Shown here: one piece after another, positions 12,101 to 21,100 of the stretch
Layout of the letters: every line of letters begins with the position of its first letter
Numbering within the stretch: position 1 is the stretch's first letter
NCBI RefSeq assembly: GCF_004010195.1
Contig: NC_057751.1
Location: 19,769,199-19,796,287 of the forward strand
DNA from: Chiloscyllium plagiosum
Taxonomy: Eukaryota
Reading direction: 5' to 3'
Length of the DNA stretch: 27,089 bases
Made by a program: the position numbers and the translations under genes
The notes under the pieces: model-generated
Seen by the model: only the letters and a program-made list of their open reading frames with translations
The model's database searches: none
Told to the model about the DNA's origin: nothing

Positions 12101-15100
12101 TTCAAAACCATGGATGGTTCAGAGACAGAGAAGGTGGTTACGCAGGTTTAAGCTGATTGGCTTGAGAACCAAAAGGTGACATGAAAATAAAAACGAGCTG
12201 TGATGATTTGGATTGAACTCTCTTTAAGGGTTACAGTAAGATTCAATAGTCACATTCATGTCTTCGAGGTTTTCCCCATGTCTGATAAAGATGTGTATGC
12301 CTAGAATAGGTCATTAGCATCTTGCCAGAAGCTTGAAGGTGCCACATCATATCAAGCATGACTGACCAAAAGATTCTGCCATTCTTACCACCTGCTATAG
12401 GTTTACTGATGGATTTATAAGCTGGTAACCAACCACTTGAGCTACGTTTTGAACACAGGCTCCTGGGCCATCAAGCCCTGGAGTGGGATTCAAACACAGA
12501 GCTTCGAGTTGAGAGGGAGAGGTATTATCCATTGTGTCACAAGACCTCCAGTCAGAGTCAAGAGAACTAGGTAAATACTTGGAGATTAAATAAAGGGCAA
12601 TGGGATTAATTGAGTAGCTTTACCAAAGGGCATGGGTGTGATGTGCTAGATGTTTCTTTCTCATACAACTTGCATTTTATCATTCTTGATGCATTCCAAT
12701 CGTTTGGACAATGCATAAATCTTCTTAAAACACACTTTTCTCTCGAATTAAAAATTAGGAAAACAAGCAAAACAGTACTTTCATTCAATTGCTTGCCTTG
12801 TTCTTCAGTGTTTGATCATTCAAAAAGTCAATCAGTTCACAGCCTGTTTATAGATGCATACCCCCAGTATGCATCTATACACTAGCCACATTTTTGGACC
12901 AAATGTTTAATTTTCTCCTACAGTTCTTTTTTCCGTTCATGGGATGTGGGCATCACTGGTTAGTCCAGTATTTACTCCTTATTCCCAGTGCCCTCATGAA
13001 GGTGGGGACAAGCTGCCTTCTCAAACTGCTGCAGTCCATTTGCTGTAACTGGAGCCACAAGGCTGTCAAGGAGGAGTTACATTTATTTCTTTTAATGCAA
13101 AATGTATTCAGACAAATTTAAAACAATTACAGAGGAACCTCGATTATCTGGCAGTTAACCGAATTGCAGATTATCTGAACAAGATCGCAAGATCCCGATG
13201 CTTGGCTAACTATGTTATCTCACATTCGATTAACCCAACGAAATACTCCCCGTTCGTGTCCTTTGGAGAATCAAGGTTCTTCTGCACATGACAATGGATA
13301 GATAGAATATTAATAGGTCAAGCTGTAAACGTTGCACCCCAAAATACACAGCATATTAGCACATTTCAATAACCGATTAACACCTCACACATAAGTTACT
13401 AGTTCAGATTGTTCAGCTGGGGAATAGAATAAACTGGGCACTCACCAATAGTTGTATTCCAAGAACTGAGAGCAAACTTTTGATCAATTCAAAAGGTTAG
13501 GGTACAAGAGGGTAGTTAAATGCTTTGCTCCCCAATCAAGACAACCTAATTGCATAGCATAGCTTGATAACTTTATTCCTAGGAGGTATGCTAGGAGAAA
13601 GTGAGGACTGCAGATCAGAGTTGAGTATGTGGTGCTGGAAAAGCACAGCAGGTCAGGCAGCATCTAATGAACAGAAGACTCAACGTTTCGGGCGTAAGCC
13701 CTTCATCAGGATGAAGGGCTTATGCCCGAAAAGTTGATTTGCTTGCTCCTTGGATGCTGCTCAGCCTGCTGTGCTCTTCCAGCACCACACTCTCGACTCC
13801 TAGAGGTATGTTGTACAGATATTATCAAGGCATGCTTAATTCAAACTGTTGCACTGAGTTTATTTGCTGCAAATTTTAAAAATTTAACTTCGTAGCAGGT
13901 GTAGTCTCTTCAAATAGTAACCCAGCCTGTATTCAAATGATTTAATGGCACCCAGCTGAAAGACAAATTCCTACTCAGAACACAAGGATCTCTACTTTTA
14001 AATCCTTGAGTTATGCAATCTTATAATTAATTTCTGAACAGTACAGGTCCAACCACCCACTCAAGACTGCTGTATTTACAGGAGTGACTAGCAATTGAAT
14101 ATTCAGAGTTAACACCCAAACCAGGATCACCAACTCAGTATTCTTTACTTCAATTTTATGTTCAGCAACAAGAGTTACTGGTGGAAACCCAAGACAGCCA
14201 CTATTTTAAAAAGCCCAGAATAGCTATACAAATTCATCTGCGTTATTTTACATATCACAAACCAACATACTTTAAAAATAAATTTGGCTTACTTGTACAT
14301 AGTTAACTGGAAAAAGGAGAACTAACCAAACACTGATAGACAAGCCAGGCAATATCTTATCAGGAATTCTCAGGTTGACAGCCTTCCGTCACTGCAGCAG
14401 CTCAGCCTTTAAAAGCGCCACAGCCCACCATTGCTGCACAGCATTTAAGAGTGCTTCGGCCCATCAATGCAACACAGCTTTTAGCGCCGCCACGCCGCAG
14501 CCTTTAGCGCCAGGACAGTCCTCCACCGCCGCGCCACAGCCTTTAGCGCCAGGACAGTCCTCAACCGCCACGCCGCAGCCTTTAGCGCCAGAACAGTCCT
14601 CCACCGCCACGCCGCAGCCTTTAGTGCCGGGAGACTACCCTCCCACTGCACCACAGCCTTTAGCGCTAGGATAGCCCACTGCTGCTGCAGAACAGCCTTT
14701 AGTGCTACGACAGCTTATAGCTGTAAACCAGCTTTTAACACTGCGACAATCCAATGGTTCCCAGTTTTTTTTAGCATTTTGACACACTGTTGCCATTGGA
14801 GGTCAGCTCTTAACACAGGGTCTGCCACTGCTGGCAGCTCACCTTGAGCGCTGACAATCTACCATTGCTGGTGCCAGGCTTTTACCATTCCAACTGTCTA
14901 TTGCTGACAATCACACTAACAGGCAGATTTTATCTTTTTCATATACCACAGCCAGTGTCTATGCCTTCTATTGCAGCTCTAATAACTTATCAACAAAACA
15001 ATTTAATAGGATGGATTTCACACGTGTCACATAATTCAATAGGGCAGGCAGGGACCCAGGTACAGTACGTGTTAAAAGACACAAGTGAAGTTATGCTGAC

Positions 15101-18100
15101 CAGTTATTACATATATGCAGCGAGGCCAGAGATCCATGACCACTTAAAACAACCCAGATTGTTATATTAGCCATCACATATAACTGGTAAGTCATATTAA
15201 CAGTCCCTGCAGCTTATAGTTGGTATGCTCATCAGCATCAACCACCTTAAATTATCAGAGTTGCATGATCTACTGCCAAAAAGGGAGAAGACCAAAACAA
15301 AAGGCAAAATGCATTATAGTGCAAGAGATATTAGGGTTAGTTACATCATACATTTAGTGATTTTTACCCATTGCAGAACACCAAACTTGTCGAGAATTCT
15401 GCATGTCAACTCACTACCTAAAAATTTAAATCACCTTTAACAGATGTTAAACTTCAGCTGCAGTCAAGTATCGAAAGAACATCAGCAGATAACTTACTTT
15501 AAAGTTTGTTTATAAAAATGATCATTGGCATAAAACATGAGATGAGTAATCTTGCAAAAACTGGCCGATACTCACCTCACTCTCTGTCATTGGTGCCACT
15601 ATTTTAACCAACTTCTTTGCTGTAACTCTGAAAAAGAAATACTTTCAGAATGTACGATGGATTGAGGTGAAGATCTCAAACTCAGCTTAAACAGTTTACC
15701 ATCAAAAAATTGGTCTTAGGCTACACAAGGATATTGATGGATTGGTCAGAAGAACAGATAAGTGGTAAGTGTTACTTTACCTCGATAAATCTAAGGTGAT
15801 CCACTTTGGAAGAAATAACAAGACAATAGAGCACTCAAAGAAAGGCAGGACACTAGGAAGCTTAGAGGAACAGATGGATCTTTGGGGGCTTGGCGACAGA
15901 TCCATGAAGGAGGCATGACAAGTTAACAGGTTAGTTAAGGCAGCATACAGGACAAGTGCCTGTATCGGTCGAGGCACTGATTATAAAATGTGATTACATA
16001 GATTATATGTACCATTTTGGTCACCACATTATAGGAAGGACACGACTGCACTAAAGAAGGGTGTAAAGGAGACTCATCAGGATGCTGTCCAGGATGGAAT
16101 ATTTCAGCTAAGAGATTCTGGATAAGCTCAGATTGTTTTCTTGGAGCAGAGATGGTTGAGAGGGGACCTGATTGAAGTGTATAAGATCATGAGAAGCATG
16201 GATAGGGTGGATAGAAAGCAGCTGCTCCCCTTAGTCAAGAACAAAGAGGCACATTTTTAAGGCAAAAGGCAGAAAGTTTAGAGATTTGAGGAAACACTTT
16301 TTTTTCAGCTAGAGGGTGGTGGAAACCTGGAATGCACTGCCAGGGAGGGCAGTCGGGGCAGGGAACCTCACAACCTTAAAGAATGTGGATGTAAACCCTG
16401 TGAAGTGTCATGATATTCAAGTGTGGGAAAATGAGACCAGCGTAGATAGTTATGTATTTTTTGGCAATGTAGACTCGATGGGCTTCTTCTGTATGATTCT
16501 ATGAATTTTGATTAAGAAACCAAAATACACACTTGCACGAAGCTCAAAAATTATATTTAGCAGGGATCTAGGAATACAGCACTGACTCTCACTTAAAAGG
16601 CCAAGTTTAGAAATCCACACTAGATTGTAAGTGGAGCCTGACAAAGCTTCAAGAGGCTGCTTGAGGACTGACAAATCACATAAGGGACTACTTTTGTTAC
16701 AAAACAAGAAAACAAGCAATCCCACGAATTGTTTTCAACTGTGGGAAACCTTGAAGATAACTGGTAAAGCTTAGTTCACCTTGCCCTGACTAGGGAGGCA
16801 GCATTTCAGACCAAAACTCAGAGTTTTTTTTTGGTGGGGAGGGGGAGGGGGGCAGCTGAAGAGAACATTAATGAATATTGATGGACTAAGCGCATCATTC
16901 AACCTTTAAACATCAAATACTCAGTGATGAACCCAGGTTGAGCTCATTCTGTAGTGGCAATATCCCTACCTGTACATCAGGAAGACTGGGTTCAAGTCCC
17001 GTTTGTTCAAGAGATGCGTAATAACATCTCCGAACAGAGATGAAACCAGATGCAGGTTAGCAGTTCTATTCATGATACCACAGATATTCTAATCACTTTG
17101 GTGCAGCACAAGTACAGATACGTTTAACAAGACAAAAATACACTTAACCAGACTCTTGCAGAAAGGTATTTCATTGGCGATGTATGGTACAGAGTCCAAA
17201 AGTTAAGAACCTTGTTTAAAATAAGAGTAGAACTTTTCCTAGTTTGTGGATGAAACAACAAAGACAGTATTTGTAGACTATCTACCAGTACCATAGTACT
17301 TCTCTGGAAATAAAAGGCAAGATACAGTGCAAAACCATTTAAACCGGAATCATTTGATATTTACTCTTCTGGTTCTTTGATAGCAACAGTTTGACTTTGA
17401 ACTTCTGGCTCGACCTTCTGCTGCTGTTGTTCCTCCTCCTGTATACACAATAAAAAATATGAATGTTCTCAAGAATGCAGTAGCTATACTTTTCACAGAA
17501 TGGAAACTTAAAATATGTAACCCTCAGGAATTTGCTAAAATGCATAGGTCTTGGTTTTCTCTACCACGCTCTGGCACTGATCCAGATAGGAGTAGGCCAT
17601 AAATCTCTGAGCTTGCTCTGTCATTTGCGAGATCATAGCTTATCACCAAATCTCCATATGATTTGATTCCCAAAAGCACGGTGGGTCACTGCTGCCTCAC
17701 AGCACCAAGGATGCTTGTTTGATTCCAGTCTAGGGCAGCTGTCTGTGTGGAGTTTGCACATTCGCTCCATGTCGGAGTGGGTTTCCTCCCACAGCCCAAC
17801 AATGTGCATGTAAGATACACTGGCAATACTAAATTGCCCAGAGTGTCCAGGGATCTGCAAAGTATGTGAATCAGCCATGGGAAATTCATGGTTATAGGGA
17901 AGGGGAATGGGTCTGGGTGGGATGCTCTTAGGAGGGTCAGTGAGGACTCAATGAATGGCCTGTTTCCACACTGTAGGGATTCTATAACAAATGCAGTCTT
18001 GAACATAGTCAATGACTGAGCATACTGGGACATTGAGTATTCAACTTTTGGAACAAGGACATTTTTCTTCCTCACCTTAGGTTAAGGGGTTGGTCATTTG

Positions 18101-21100
18101 GACCTAAGACTATAATCCTTACATCTAGAATCTTCAGCCAGAAGAAAATCTTTCAATATCTATCCTGTTTCAGTCTCTCTGAATTCCATACATCTCAAAA
18201 ACATACTAAGAAAATTACAAACTTTGTACACAAGAAAATAAAACAGACTGCATAGCAAATGAAACTTAAATGTAGCATTACAGAACGATCAAGCTACTTA
18301 TCTTCACTGCAAGAGCGATCAGAAAAGAGTGAATCTCAGAACTAATTTACTGCCTGTTCACTCAGCTAACATGGACAAACAATAAAAATTTCAAATGATA
18401 ATGTCAGAAAATTCCAGAAACATGGGAAGAAACTACCTCAGTATCTTCTGCTAGAACATCTTCTTCATTCACTTCTTCCTCAGCTGCAAGAGAAATGAGT
18501 TGATTGATACTGAACCTAGATAAGCTTGAAACTGCAAACACAGGAGCAAGGACTTGGATTTAAACAATGACACATTTGTAGACGATTCAGTTATTCTAAT
18601 AAAGGCCCTGCTTAGTAAATTACTGGAACAGCGGCAAAAGGTAGAGGAAAATACAGTACGAGACAGGCAAAAAATAAAAACTTCCCCTCCAAAGGGATCG
18701 AAAAAGTGCTTTTCACATCAAAAGCCCCCTCTCCCACACACGCACATTCCATTTCTTTTAAGTATAGCATATGACGACATTAGGCAAGTGTATCGTATTC
18801 TTTCGAAGAATGTGCTATGACGACATTAGATTTCCTGGGCCCACGTGTAGTTTTATCACCAGCCACCTGCTATACCAGATTCCCTCCCATTCAGAGTGTA
18901 ACCACTGTCAGCACCTTAAGTGCCCATTCTCAACATGATTAATCTTGGCGGAGGATTCAACCAAAGGGTGACATCACTGCCTAGCCTGATCCTTTCCCAA
19001 TTCAACATTCATACACAGTACAATGATCACACAAGAACAAGATTAATGTTATCTTATCTGAGATACTGAAGACAATTGCACCTAAAGGGCCTCACACTCA
19101 AAATGCTAGCATCTTTGGATAGAAGTGTCATCTGACCTTGAATGCTCCCAGTATTTTCAGCTTTTGCTGCACTACTCCAAGATCAAGACTTGATTTAAAC
19201 ACCAACATTCAAAACGTTGGGCTAATTCTAACCTTTGTCTAGCTTGTTGCTTCTAAGGAAGCAAAGTCTAGGATTAAGTCTAATAAAACACTAGTAAAAA
19301 AAAGGTACAAACATCCCCACTAAATGAATGGGTAGTCCTTTCCTTTTGAGGATTAAAATGATTTATAACTCAAGATTATAACCAAATAATTAAGCTTCTA
19401 CAAATATTCATTCAATGGTTCCTTTTAAAAGCAAAACACAAATGATACCCAATTACACTTATGCATAGATCCTGCAGGTTACGTTTCCTGATTAAAGAGG
19501 AAGTTTATTCTGCAAATAAGTATTTTGAATGTTTAAGTAGACCTTTTATGATTGAGAGATTACTTAATGATTGATTAGGATTATTGTTCAGGTTTACCTC
19601 TAAAAGAAATGCAAAAATCAGTTAAGGTCTGAATGAGAACAATAGGTTAATGCATTTATAGTTTCTCTCTACTCCATCTTTCCCTCCACAGATACTGCCT
19701 GATCTGGAGTATTTCTGATATTTTCTATTTTATTTCAGATTTCCAGCATCTGCAGTATTTTGCTTTTAAGTGAAAAGCAGCATGCCTCAGACTGAGTTTT
19801 TGGAAGCCATGAATTGTGAATGTATTTTCTCAATTCTAACAATAATCTGGAATTAACATTTTACCCAAATGTACACATTAATGGAAACAAATTAAAAAAC
19901 ACACAGGAGAAATTCACATATAGCAAACTGATGGTTAAACCAAAAAAGCCTGGAAATATTAATTATATTAGCGAGTTTTGAGAAGATTTGTAGCTCAGAT
20001 TGAGGTTCTGGATGTAGGTTTGCTCACTGAGCTGGAAGGTTCATTTCCAGACATTTCGTCACCCTATAAAATACTGTACAAGGACTGTAACAAACACTAC
20101 ATTGGACAAACAGGCAGAAAACTAGCCACCAGAATACATGAACATCAACTAGTCACAAAACGACATGACTCTCTCTCATTCGTATCCTTACATATAGATG
20201 ATGAAGGACACCACTTAGACTGGGACAACACATTCATCTTAGGACAAGCCAAACAGAGAAACGTACGAGAATTCCTAGAAGCATGGCATTCCAACTGGAA
20301 CTCTATCAACAAACATATCGAGTTAGACCACATTTACCACCCCCTGAGAAAAACGAACAGGAAGTGATGTCACCACAGGAAATAACATCACCAACCCAAA
20401 AGAAACCCAAGCATCTAAACAGAAAGCAGGAATTATCAACAGTGCTTTACCAAGAGGCACACTGAAGATGTTACTTAGTCGGGTGACAAAATGTCTGAAA
20501 ATGAACCTTCCAGCTCAGCGAGCAAACCTACATCCATATTAATTATATTTCCCACTCACTTTTTATAAGTGGTAATTTTCAACTGAGATTGGGTACTGGA
20601 ATTGCAGTCTAACCGGAATGCCTGGCTTTACACAGCACAAGGACAAGATGAATACAGTACAGGCCTGTTCTAGCACATTCACTGAAAATACCTACATTCC
20701 TATTTAGAAAGTATTCATCAATAAGTCAATTAATTTCAATGTCAATGAAAGGCAATTTGAGATGCTGATTATTATTATGAAGTCCTAAATTTGCATTTCA
20801 CTTGTTTGATAGACAGAAGTAAACAACTTCCATGAAATAAGTAGATTTATTTAATCAATGCACACAACAGAGCACCTATTTTGTTCCAAAACAAAAGGTG
20901 AACGGAAGGGGGGGGGGAGAAAAAGACATTACACAAAGGTGCAACTAGATACACAATAAGTCTTTTTTTCCTTTTGCGTATCGTTGAATGAAAAGACAGC
21001 AATTAAATCAGTTAAATATTAATTTAATGTATTTATTGTTGAAATTACATCAACACTAAACCACAAAAATTAAGACTCTCAAAAAAGTGGGAACTAACTA

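Noticed and set aside
14400..14745. Regularly spaced repeats as a CRISPR array, or ORF 14375-14674 as a real Pro/Ala-rich protein
   Set aside because: The segments between repeats are themselves near-identical rather than unique spacers, there are no cas genes and the context is a vertebrate intron. The ORF starts at TTG, is antisense to SARNP and is open simply because the unit is 39 bp.
16833..16852. G-rich run as a G-quadruplex element
   Set aside because: Short low-complexity tract; no supporting evidence for function.
16923..17040. GTGATGA as a C/D-box snoRNA C box, or the B-box region as a tRNA gene
   Set aside because: It is antisense to the host gene and lacks a suitably placed CTGA D box with terminal stem; no cloverleaf forms. 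Better explained as a SINE head.
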